From contig JAQUKY010000007.1 of assembly GCA_028718805.1 (NCBI GenBank), positions 18,176-82,175 on the forward strand: a stretch of DNA of 64,000 nucleotides, read 5' to 3'. The translations under genes and the position numbers were made by a program. Every line of letters begins with the position of its first letter. Position 1 is the first letter of the stretch. The notes beneath the pieces are model-generated. The model worked only from the letters and a program-made list of their open reading frames with translations, was not told the DNA's origin and made no database searches. This DNA comes from Candidatus Nanoarchaeia archaeon (lineage in GTDB: Archaea; Nanobdellota; Nanobdellia; Pacearchaeales; GW2011-AR1). Positions 49,019 to 58,533 of the stretch are shown one piece after another.

Positions 49019-52000
49019 TTTTTATTGTTAAAACCTCCTTTTAAGATAAATAAAATTGCAGTAAGAGCAAGAAGTATGGTAAGTATAGGTATAATAACAC
49101 GGGCTTTATTTGCGGTATTGCCGGTTTTTGCTTCTGTATTGCCTGTTTGCAATGAAATTTTTTCTATTTCAGAAATATTTTCTTCAATCTGCTTGCATTC
49201 AACAGTTAGAGTTTTTGTGACAGAATCATCTCTCCCTCCAAAATAAGCTGTTATCTCAATTTCATAATTTCCTTCTTCTGCATTTTCTGGAATGTTAATG
49301 CTGAGAGTTTTAGTTTCAGTATCATCTTCATCATATTTTTCTAGTTCAAATTTCTCAGTTTTCTCGCTTATATTTAAATCAGGATTTTCAACAAGCAAAT
49401 AAACATCTTCGTCTTTGCTTCCTATGTTTTTAACCTTTATTTTTGCATTAAAATAGCCGCCGCATGTGGCTTTAGAATCAATATCTGCCTTTTGGATAAT
49501 AACATCATACTTTTCTCTTTCAATATTAATAGGAATGTAATCTTGATTGCAGTTATTTTCATCCTCATCTATTACTTTTACAAAAAGAGCATATTCATCT
49601 TTCTCATCTAAATCATCAGGAATTGTAATTTCAAAATCTAAATTTTCATTCTCTCCTTCATCAGCAGAAATCGAATCTTCATAATTTTCAATTTCTTCGT
49701 CATTTGTAATATCATATAAATAGACATTTACATCAAAATCTAAATCCTCATTCAGATCATTTTCTACTCTTATTTCTCCGGTAATTATGTCTCCAATGAT
49801 AAACTCATCATTTTCATCAGGATTTTCAATCTCGAATTTTAATTTATTGCTCAAATTCTCGCATCTGTCGACACTTGAAAATTTAGGCTGTCCTGCAATT
49901 GAACAGCATGTAATTAAATTGGAGTCAGAAGTTCCAAGCAAATCTCCCAAGCAAATTTGATTTTCCCTGGTTATATATCCATCAACTTCCTGGCACGTAA
50001 AGTCAGAAATATCACCGACAAATACATTCCAGATATGTTCATCTTCAAATTCATTATCAGTGAGTATTGCTTTAATCTCATAATTTCCTTTTGTATTATT
50101 AAAAATATAATCCTTCCCGCTTCCTGACTCATTTCCATCAACAAACCAGGTAATGTCTAATTCATCACCATCCACATCAAAAACATTTATTGAAAATTCA
50201 TAATCTGTGTTTTCCATCAATTTTGGAGTTCTAAGAGGACTGTAACTTCTTATTTTCGGAGCATCATTAACAGGGGTAATATTCACATTTAACAAATATT
50301 CATCATATCCATTTGCGTCACTAGCAATTAGATTGCAGTTTGCCTCTCCGTTATAGTTTAATTCAGAAGAATAAGTTAATTCATTTCCGTTTATATTGCA
50401 ATTTAAATTATTTTTGTCACCAACGGTGAATTCAATGCTGTCATTTTCAAAATCACTTGCATTTAATATGCAGGTATACTCAGTATCTTCATCAATATCC
50501 AATTGACAATCTATCAAGGCAAATTCAGGAGACTCATTCATATCATTAACTGTTATATTAACTTCATTTGAATTTCTTGTTTCTGTCCCATCAGATGCTG
50601 AAAAACTGACAATCTCACTTCCCCACCAGTCAGCATCTGGAATAAAGCTGGCTAATCCATTATCAATTATAACATTAATATGATTATTCCCAGTAACGTC
50701 AAATGTCAGTTCATCTTCATCTGCATCATAAAAATAATCATTTAAATCAAAATAATCAGTTTTATTAGTGTCTTCATCAAAATTTATATCACCAATATTT
50801 CCAATAAATCTCGGAGCATCATTTACAGAATTAACTACTAGGGTAACATTATTTGATATCAGATCTATGTCTTTTGCTTCATCATGTACCCCAAAGATAA
50901 CCCAATCATTTTCATGCCAGTCTTTATCAGATGAGAAGTTAAATATGCCATTTTCCATAATATCAACAGAGATATATTTGTCTTCAGAAGTGTCATAAAT
51001 ATAATATATTAATTCACTGCTTCCAGGATTCCAGATATAAGATGATAAATCAAAGCTTTTTGTTTCATCTTCATTCCATTCTATATTATTAATTTCAGAA
51101 ATCCATTCAATAGCATTATCACAATTGCTGTCGGTCATATCATACTGCATTTCTTCTGCATCAGGATTTATTTCATTATTTGAATCATTGCAGTCAATAT
51201 TATCATTTACATAATTCTCAGGAGCATCACAGGCTCTTTGCGATAACAGAGGATTTCCATAACCATCAGTATCAGAATCTAGATATTTTAACAGATCACA
51301 ATCCAAATTGCATGAAGCTGCTGAATCATCGCAATCACCATCAATATCTGAGTATCCAGCAATAAGCTCATCCCCAGAACAAACATCCAATAAACTTCCT
51401 GTTCCATAACCATCTTCATCATTATCAACATAACCTTCAAACAACTGCCATTTATTATTATCAGCGTCATTGCAATCTCCACCAATATCAGAATAACCTG
51501 CAGGAAGGCTGTATCCAGAACAAACCTGTAATAACCCTCCAGCCCCATATCCATCTTTATCGCTGTCTAAATAACCTTCTAGTAATTGCCATTTATATTT
51601 ATTTGAATCATTGCAATCACCATCAATTTCAGAATATCCTTCAAGCAGATTCTCTCCAGAACAGACATCCAGTAAACTTCCGCTTCCATATCCATCCCCA
51701 TCATTATCAGCATATCCTGGAAGATTCTGCCATGTTTGATTGTTATTATCATTGCAATCATCATCATAATGATATCCATCTTCATCTTTATCCTCTCCAT
51801 ATAAAATCCATTCAATTGAATTCAAGAATAAGGTGTTTGCATCATCATTCCACAAGCTTGCTTTTGACAATCCAAAAAACAGGTTTCTTTCAGATATAGA
51901 AACATTTTTTTTAAGGCAATTTCCATCATTTAATAATAAAGCATTTTTTTCTAAGAGTAAAATTGCACTGTTGGCAGTGTCGCTTCTGTAAGCAAGGCTC

Positions 52001-52464
52001 TGAGAATTTAATGCTTTGCATCCTGTGAGATAGCCTATGTTATCTATATTATTATAAACAGTCAAGTCTCCTAATAAAAATCCTTCTGTTATTAAATAAT
52101 TATTGCTTGAAATTGTTATTTTGCTATTTGTGGTAACCCCCTGATATTTTGCAAGTCCTGCATTTTTAGCAGCCTCCTGGCTTAGAAAAATAGTTTTATG
52201 ATTTTTATTATCAAATATTCCAGATGTGCTTGTTACATCTTCTCCAACAATGATTATATCATATAAATTAGGATTAAACAGGATATCATCTAATAAGCTG
52301 ACTGTATGCCCATTTTCTTCTAAAATATTTATTATAGTAGTTTCGTCAGCATTAATAGGATAAGGTGTTTTGACAATGTAACCTATATTTGCAGCAGATA
52401 CAAAACAAACAACAAAAATAAGAAACAAAAATGCAGATAAAACTAAAAATGATTTCTTAAACAC
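49015..52464 (-). CDS. giant (1149 aa) acidic surface protein
   Basis: Signal peptide. Three tandem ~40-aa Asp-rich DGYGxGxLLDVCSG...GYSDIDGDCND repeats. VNDAP motifs in a cadherin/Big-like region. C-terminal TM followed by a KK tail. Confidence 0.55.
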   Translation of the reverse strand: MFKKSFLVLSAFLFLIFVVCFVSAANIGYIVKTPYPINADETTIINILEENGHTVSLLDDILFNPNLYDIIIVGEDVTSTSGIFDNKNHKTIFLSQEAAKNAGLAKYQGVTTNSKITISSNNYLITEGFLLGDLTVYNNIDNIGYLTGCKALNSQSLAYRSDTANSAILLLEKNALLLNDGNCLKKNVSISERNLFFGLSKASLWNDDANTLFLNSIEWILYGEDKDEDGYHYDDDCNDNNNQTWQNLPGYADNDGDGYGSGSLLDVCSGENLLEGYSEIDGDCNDSNKYKWQLLEGYLDSDKDGYGAGGLLQVCSGYSLPAGYSDIGGDCNDADNNKWQLFEGYVDNDEDGYGTGSLLDVCSGDELIAGYSDIDGDCDDSAASCNLDCDLLKYLDSDTDGYGNPLLSQRACDAPENYVNDNIDCNDSNNEINPDAEEMQYDMTDSNCDNAIEWISEINNIEWNEDETKSFDLSSYIWNPGSSELIYYIYDTSEDKYISVDIMENGIFNFSSDKDWHENDWVIFGVHDEAKDIDLISNNVTLVVNSVNDAPRFIGNIGDINFDEDTNKTDYFDLNDYFYDADEDELTFDVTGNNHINVIIDNGLASFIPDADWWGSEIVSFSASDGTETRNSNEVNITVNDMNESPEFALIDCQLDIDEDTEYTCILNASDFENDSIEFTVGDKNNLNCNINGNELTYSSELNYNGEANCNLIASDANGYDEYLLNVNITPVNDAPKIRSYSPLRTPKLMENTDYEFSINVFDVDGDELDITWFVDGNESGSGKDYIFNNTKGNYEIKAILTDNEFEDEHIWNVFVGDISDFTCQEVDGYITRENQICLGDLLGTSDSNLITCCSIAGQPKFSSVDRCENLSNKLKFEIENPDENDEFIIGDIITGEIRVENDLNEDLDFDVNVYLYDITNDEEIENYEDSISADEGENENLDFEITIPDDLDEKDEYALFVKVIDEDENNCNQDYIPINIEREKYDVIIQKADIDSKATCGGYFNAKIKVKNIGSKDEDVYLLVENPDLNISEKTEKFELEKYDEDDTETKTLSINIPENAEEGNYEIEITAYFGGRDDSVTKTLTVECKQIEENISEIEKISLQTGNTEAKTGNTANKARVIIPILTILLALTAILFILKGGFNNKK

Positions 52465-53125
52465 GCTTTTTCACTTTCTTTTTTAGTTTAGTTTTCACAA
52501 CCTTTTCTTTTTCAATTTTTTCATCTCCATTCTTAATTTTTTTCTTGGGTCTATAATAAATAATCAGCACAACAATAAAAACTAAAGCAACAATCAAAGT
52601 TGTTCCCAATGCAATCATATTTTTGTCTAATTTTCCAATAACATTTCCAGTAATCCCTGTTGAAGAGCTATTGGTATGGTCATTAGAATTGCCAGTATTG
52701 GTATCTGCGTTAGTATCCTCTCCGTCATTAACGTCTTCCCCGCTTGCAACAACAATAATAGTAGAGCTTAATCCAGCCCCGTTCTTTCCATCAACAGGTG
52801 TGAATTGGACATTTATCTTGCTTTCTGTTTCTCCTGCTTTTTTTACCTTAATTGTGAAAAAAGCTTTTTTCTCCTCTCCTGCATTTAAGGTAAAATTATC
52901 ATCTTTAATTTTTATATCCTCTGCTAAATCTCCTGTAGCGAACAATTTTATTTTTACTGCAACATCATTTGTATTCTTAACAGCAATTGACCTTTCAATA
53001 GTATCCCCAGTTTTGGCATCATCCAGAATCATTCTAGCATTTCCAATACTTGCGGTTATGGCAAGAACACTGCCAATAAGCATAAGAGTCATCAATAAGC
53101 CAATAAGCACAAATTTTTTGTCCAT
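52457..53125 (-). CDS. membrane-anchored surface protein
   Basis: Signal peptide, beta-rich domain, STGITGNVIG motif, TM, Lys-rich tail. Confidence 0.45.
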   Translation of the reverse strand: MDKKFVLIGLLMTLMLIGSVLAITASIGNARMILDDAKTGDTIERSIAVKNTNDVAVKIKLFATGDLAEDIKIKDDNFTLNAGEEKKAFFTIKVKKAGETESKINVQFTPVDGKNGAGLSSTIIVVASGEDVNDGEDTNADTNTGNSNDHTNSSSTGITGNVIGKLDKNMIALGTTLIVALVFIVVLIIYYRPKKKIKNGDEKIEKEKVVKTKLKKKVKKRV

Positions 53126-53303
53126 TTTTTAGTCAATCTTTACAGGATTACTACGAAGTTACAGCATTTTTTTAATATTTAAACATTATTATGTTAAGAA
53201 GTATATTAACTAAAATAAGTTATAAGTTGTCCTTATAATCGACGATAAAATAATGATTAACAACAAAACTAAATAATAAGAAGCAATTAACATTACCAGA
53301 TTT

Positions 53304-56300
53304 TTAGATAGGCTCTCCCCAGAAGTATATATTCCCATCTTCGAAATTTCCATTGCATGGTTCTGGCATATTCAGTTTGAATGTCAGTGACATTTCAGAG
53401 CCTGGAGTCAATACATTACCAACATTGTTTGCAATATGTGTACTGTATCCTTCTGTACCGATTATCTCCTTAGCTTCTTTTATGTCATCTCCATATGGAA
53501 TTTCAGAATAACCTTCATCATCTATGTTATAAGGACCTGCTCCACCAACATTTGCTGTTGAGTAGTATCCGTTTGTAGCAAAGTATCTGAAGTTTTTCAG
53601 GTCAAGAACATTGCTTGTCGGGCACATTGCACCTGAATGTGATGAATCAAAGAAGTTTGTACCTGCGATATACATTTCAAGTCTAACTCCAGAGTTTTCA
53701 TCAGCATCATTTTCAATAGTTATTGTTGAATAAGCAGTTGTTCCTGGCATAATAATATCATCGCCAAACGACAAATCTCCCTCAATATTTAGGTTAATAA
53801 GAGGGTTAAAAAACCAGTATTCATTTTCATCCATTGTTCCTGATAATCCGCTTAAGTCATCTGCTTCAACAGTCACCCAGTATTGTCCATACATGCTCTC
53901 AGCTGTTTCTACATTTAAAGTACATTCATAATAACCAGCTACCTGGGACAGATCTCTGCCTGTTAAATTCTCTTCTCCTATCCTTGCATTACAGCTTTCA
54001 TCAACTTCTGTTGCTGTTCCGATAAAATGGCAATTAGATTCTATATCATTTCCTTCTCCTTGTTCATCCCCAATTGTAACAAAAACATCCCCCATCTTTT
54101 CAATACCATTCTTATCCATTACAAGGACTTTCCATTTTATCTGCTCTCCTTCAAAAGCATAGTTCTGTTGTCTTTCAATAAGCTCTTCTCCTGGTGTTGT
54201 TCCGGGTTGCCATTGGTCATCATAAACAACTCTGCTGTCGCACATCCAGACTATGGGAGGGAAACCTTCTTTTTTGCATTTAGAAGAGCATCCGTCTTTG
54301 CTTACATTATTTCCGTCATCGCACTGCTCTCCAGAATCTAAAATATTATCTCCACATTTAGGCAATATACAATTATTTCTACATTCATCAAAATTATTTA
54401 AATTCCCATCGTCACATTGTTCAGAAATCTGGTTTACAATTCCATCTCCACAATAGGGTTCAATGCATGATCCATTAATACAGGCATATCCGCATATCTG
54501 AAATTCTTTTTCTGCATGAGAGCTGTTGAAACAGCTTCCTGATGAACATCCCTTGTCATAACATGTTCTTAGCCTTGTCTTATTTTTTCCATCGCAAAAA
54601 TATTCTCCCCAATCATCACACCCATCTTCTCCACACTCTTGAATATTTTCTGTTATATTTTCAAAAAAACATTCTCCATCTGAGCATCCAGGGATTAAAT
54701 GATTTCTTACAACATCTTCCTCTTTGCAGTAATTATCAGAATAACTTTCATTCCCGCAATTCTTTACAAAAGTTTCATTTACAAAAGAATTATTAAAACA
54801 TCCTCCTAATTCACATCCTCTGTCATAACAAGTCTGGTTTTTGTAAACATCAATGCCTTTGCAATACTGGTTTCCAAAATTATCGCAGCTGTCATTTCCA
54901 CAATTCTCAAATAATTGGGAAGTTATATTAAACATGCAATTTCCGTCTTTACAGAAATAATCAGTTAGGTTTCTATAAACATTATTGTTTATACAATAAT
55001 TATCAGAATATGAATCATTAGGGCAATCTCCGTCTGCACAGCATTCTTTTATAATTATTTTTCTCTTAGCATAATTATCACTCATATTACAATCTGTTTC
55101 ATTAATCTTCTCGGCATAAACACTGATGTTGTGTTCTCCAAGCAAACTTGAAGTGCTTATATTAATAGATTTTGAATGTTCATGATCTATTGGAGAATTA
55201 TAATCTGCAATAATAGTTTCATCTATTTTCACAATAACATGTATATTATTTGTTGTGTTAGCTATTTTATTATCTATATAATATTTTATAGTATAATTTT
55301 TCCCCTTTATCAGTTCAACAGGGTCATGCAGCCAGGTTCCATTTGTAAGCCCTATAGCAATTCCTGTTTCAAATGAGTTTCCGTAAGAATATCTTATTCC
55401 AACATCATGTTCGCATCCCGTACAATTTCCATTCTTACATCCAAATTCACAAACACTCACATTTTCATTTTGATAATCAGGAGTAGTATAACATGATGCA
55501 TCAGAACATCCTCTTAAAATATCTGTCTTGTTTCTCCAGACCTCTTTTCCAATGCAGTAATAGTTCTCTGTTCCATATGAATTTTCACCGCAATCTTCAA
55601 AAAGGCTTTTGTTTACAAAAGAATTATTAAAACATCCTCCTAATTCACATCCTCTGTCATAGCAAGTCTGGTTTTTATAAACATCATTATTTTCACAATA
55701 GTTTATAGGGGCATCACAGCTGTCATTTCCGCAATCCTGAACAAGGATTTTGCTTATATTAAACAAGCATTCTCCATCATCACAGAAATAATCAGTTAAG
55801 TTCCAGTAAATGTCATTGTTATAACAGTATTCATCAGAATAAGAGTCATTAAGGCAGTCGCCATCATCACAGCATTCATCTACACAGCTTCCGTCTTCAC
55901 ATCCATAAGTGCAGTTTTCAACAAATTCATTTTTATAATCAGGAGTGGTAAAGCATGATGTACCAGAACATCCTCTTAAAACATCTGTTTTGTTTCTCCA
56001 TACTTCTTTTCCAATGCAGTATTTATTCCATGTTCCTTCTTCATCTTCTCCACATTCATCACTCTTTTCACTTGTAAAATCATGAGAATGAGTGCAGCTT
56101 CCTGCCTCGCATCCTCTTAATTCCTCAGTGATATTTTTCCATACATCATTATCATAGCAATATTCTACTTCTTCATGTGAATCTTCCCCGCAATTCTGGA
56201 CAAATGTATCATTTAAAATAGAATTATTAAAGCAAACTCCTGTGCCTAATACACATCCTCTGTCATAGCAAGTTTGCTTTGTCCATAAATCATTCTCTTT

Positions 56301-57680
56301 GCAATAATCTTCCCATTCTGTACAGCTGTCTTTCCCGCAATCTTGTTTTATTTTTAATTCAGTTGAATTAGTGCAATAAGAGTCTGCTGTTCCAGGATTT
56401 TCACATTCAAATTCATTCCAGAAATCCCAGATATTTTTAGTGCATACACAGCGGTCCTGATTTACCCATCCATCTTCTCCGCAATCTGAATTCTCATCGC
56501 AGGTTATTGTCATGCAGTCTGCATCACAGGTTGAAGTGTTAGGAGGTTCGCACTCTTCATCATCATTTACAATTCCATCTCCGCATTCAGATTCTGTGCA
56601 GTTTCCATCAACGCACTCATAGTCGCATGTTGTTATAAATTCATTTTTATAATCCTCATCTTCAAAACATCCTTCTTCATTGCATCCTCTTAAAACATCT
56701 GTCTTGTTTTTCCATACCTCTTTTCCTATGCAGTATTTATTCCATGCTCCTTCTGAATTGCTTCCGCATTCGTCAGACAATTCAGGAACCACATCAAAAA
56801 GGCAATTTCCATCATCACAGAAATAATCAGTTAAATTCCAGTAAACATCATTGTTATAACAGTATTCATCAGAATGAAAATCTTTAGGACAATCAGTGTC
56901 ATTGCAGCATTCTGGTTCTTCAATGCATATGCAGGCATTGCAAGTATAGCCTTCATCGCAGTCATCATTTATTTCACATTCCTCATCACCTTCTTTAACT
57001 CCATCACCACATTCAGGCTCTTGTGTCTCATTATATCCGCAGAAAATAATATAATCTATTTCTTTTCCGTTTATTTTCCCTAAAATTCCGCTTGTTCCAT
57101 TAACAGTTACAAATTTCAATCCACCTTTTGCAATAATCCCATCAGCTCCGCTTGTTCCAGCATTCCAGGTTGCATTGCTGCAGCATCCTGTAACTGAACT
57201 TCCTGGATATTTTTGCTCTTTTAAAACCCAGCTGCCCCATCCACAGCATGTTCCAAAGCATTCCCATTTAGCAACACCAAAATCAAAACCATAATCTCTG
57301 CATTCTTTATCAATATTTATGCCGCATCCGCTCCAGCACATAGTAGAAAGGTCTGGAGAAGAATCATGATGTGATGAGCCAGAAGAATGTGAAGAGGATG
57401 AACTTGAAGAAGAGCTTGTGATTATATTATCATCCATTATATTGTTCTCGTCTAAGAGAGTATTAACATAAGCATTTTCAGTTGAACTTGTTGTTGCAAT
57501 ATTCCTTAAAACATCAGTTTTATCTCCTGTTGATATTGGAATTACAAGATAAACTGCAATAATCACAAGATTTACAATTAAAAATAATATTAGGACAGTT
57601 AATAATACCCCTTTGCTGTTATTTGCGTTATAATCCCCTTTTGATGGCATATTTTTTGTTATATGTTTACTAGCCATCAC
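53304..57680 (-). CDS. giant (1458 aa) Cys-rich modular surface protein with an N-terminal signal anchor
   Basis: N-terminal TM, then a poly-Ser stretch, then at least 8 repeats of a ~45-aa Cys module (CCxDxDCPxDxYSDxYCxNNDVYxNLTDYFCxDGNC) interleaved with CGxNSxGxWNKYCIGKEVWxNKTDxLRGC modules. Confidence 0.55.
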   Translation of the reverse strand: MMASKHITKNMPSKGDYNANNSKGVLLTVLILFLIVNLVIIAVYLVIPISTGDKTDVLRNIATTSSTENAYVNTLLDENNIMDDNIITSSSSSSSSSHSSGSSHHDSSPDLSTMCWSGCGINIDKECRDYGFDFGVAKWECFGTCCGWGSWVLKEQKYPGSSVTGCCSNATWNAGTSGADGIIAKGGLKFVTVNGTSGILGKINGKEIDYIIFCGYNETQEPECGDGVKEGDEECEINDDCDEGYTCNACICIEEPECCNDTDCPKDFHSDEYCYNNDVYWNLTDYFCDDGNCLFDVVPELSDECGSNSEGAWNKYCIGKEVWKNKTDVLRGCNEEGCFEDEDYKNEFITTCDYECVDGNCTESECGDGIVNDDEECEPPNTSTCDADCMTITCDENSDCGEDGWVNQDRCVCTKNIWDFWNEFECENPGTADSYCTNSTELKIKQDCGKDSCTEWEDYCKENDLWTKQTCYDRGCVLGTGVCFNNSILNDTFVQNCGEDSHEEVEYCYDNDVWKNITEELRGCEAGSCTHSHDFTSEKSDECGEDEEGTWNKYCIGKEVWRNKTDVLRGCSGTSCFTTPDYKNEFVENCTYGCEDGSCVDECCDDGDCLNDSYSDEYCYNNDIYWNLTDYFCDDGECLFNISKILVQDCGNDSCDAPINYCENNDVYKNQTCYDRGCELGGCFNNSFVNKSLFEDCGENSYGTENYYCIGKEVWRNKTDILRGCSDASCYTTPDYQNENVSVCEFGCKNGNCTGCEHDVGIRYSYGNSFETGIAIGLTNGTWLHDPVELIKGKNYTIKYYIDNKIANTTNNIHVIVKIDETIIADYNSPIDHEHSKSINISTSSLLGEHNISVYAEKINETDCNMSDNYAKRKIIIKECCADGDCPNDSYSDNYCINNNVYRNLTDYFCKDGNCMFNITSQLFENCGNDSCDNFGNQYCKGIDVYKNQTCYDRGCELGGCFNNSFVNETFVKNCGNESYSDNYCKEEDVVRNHLIPGCSDGECFFENITENIQECGEDGCDDWGEYFCDGKNKTRLRTCYDKGCSSGSCFNSSHAEKEFQICGYACINGSCIEPYCGDGIVNQISEQCDDGNLNNFDECRNNCILPKCGDNILDSGEQCDDGNNVSKDGCSSKCKKEGFPPIVWMCDSRVVYDDQWQPGTTPGEELIERQQNYAFEGEQIKWKVLVMDKNGIEKMGDVFVTIGDEQGEGNDIESNCHFIGTATEVDESCNARIGEENLTGRDLSQVAGYYECTLNVETAESMYGQYWVTVEADDLSGLSGTMDENEYWFFNPLINLNIEGDLSFGDDIIMPGTTAYSTITIENDADENSGVRLEMYIAGTNFFDSSHSGAMCPTSNVLDLKNFRYFATNGYYSTANVGGAGPYNIDDEGYSEIPYGDDIKEAKEIIGTEGYSTHIANNVGNVLTPGSEMSLTFKLNMPEPCNGNFEDGNIYFWGEPI

Positions 57681-57956
57681 CTCTTGCTTATATCACCCCT
57701 AACCAATTAAAACATATAGGTTTTCTTTATAAACAAAATTAAGATTTGAAATATATCTCTTATTTTCCCAATACAAGAAGTATATTTTCTTGAATATGAT
57801 TAGTGTGATTACTTTTTTTTGATGAAACTTTTAAAAAAGTAATTAGGTTTGTGATGAAAATTCATCTGATAAAAGTAGTAAATTAGGTTTATATATCAAA
57901 GAATATTATCCATCATAGATATTAGACAATATATTATAAAAAGAAGGTGATAACGT

Positions 57957-58508
57957 ATGAAAAGAGAAATTAAATTAATTTTAAGTCTTTTAATCTTTGT
58001 TGCGTCTATAATCCCAATAATCCATGCACAGCCATATTCAATTAATGTGGAATTTAATGGTAATTTCATAAATGGAACAACCCTTTATAGTGATGTGTAT
58101 ATCATTGATGGGTATCTTTATGGCAAGGATGTTTATCCAATAAGAGACTCAAGCCAAAACCAAAGGCAAAAAATATGCGAAATCTATTACAAAAATAAAA
58201 CAAAGGCAGAGTGTACATGGTTGCCGGGCCCAAAAAGGATATGTACTAAAATACCTTATGTAAAAGAATACCAAAAGTGTAAATGGATAATAATAAATCC
58301 GGTTAAAATAGCATGTAATAACACAATTAAAGGTTATAAAAATCAGCTTAAACTGGAGAATTTTAAATACAGTCTTGATAACTCAACTTGGCAGGAAATT
58401 CCCTATCATGAAATCAGCATTAATTCAACTTCAGTTTATTTTAAATTGGATATCCCTCAATTATGTTCTCCAGAATATTATATGAACAAAGCTATTTTTA
58501 TTAGGTAG
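57957..58508 (+). CDS. small secreted Cys-containing protein
   Basis: Signal peptide MKREIKLILSLLIFVASIIPIIHA. Confidence 0.4.
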   Translation: MKREIKLILSLLIFVASIIPIIHAQPYSINVEFNGNFINGTTLYSDVYIIDGYLYGKDVYPIRDSSQNQRQKICEIYYKNKTKAECTWLPGPKRICTKIPYVKEYQKCKWIIINPVKIACNNTIKGYKNQLKLENFKYSLDNSTWQEIPYHEISINSTSVYFKLDIPQLCSPEYYMNKAIFIR

Positions 58509-58533
58509 AAATCACATTTAAAAATTATTCTTT

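Noticed and set aside
51180-51899. Several His-rich ORFs (MNHCNHHQFQ...) on both strands.
   Set aside because: They are artefactual frames of the Asp-rich GAT/GAC tandem repeats inside the 1149-aa surface protein gene.
53834-57083. Multiple 60 to 100-aa plus-strand ORFs.
   Set aside because: All are embedded antisense within the 1458-aa Cys-rich gene and lack start context and motifs.
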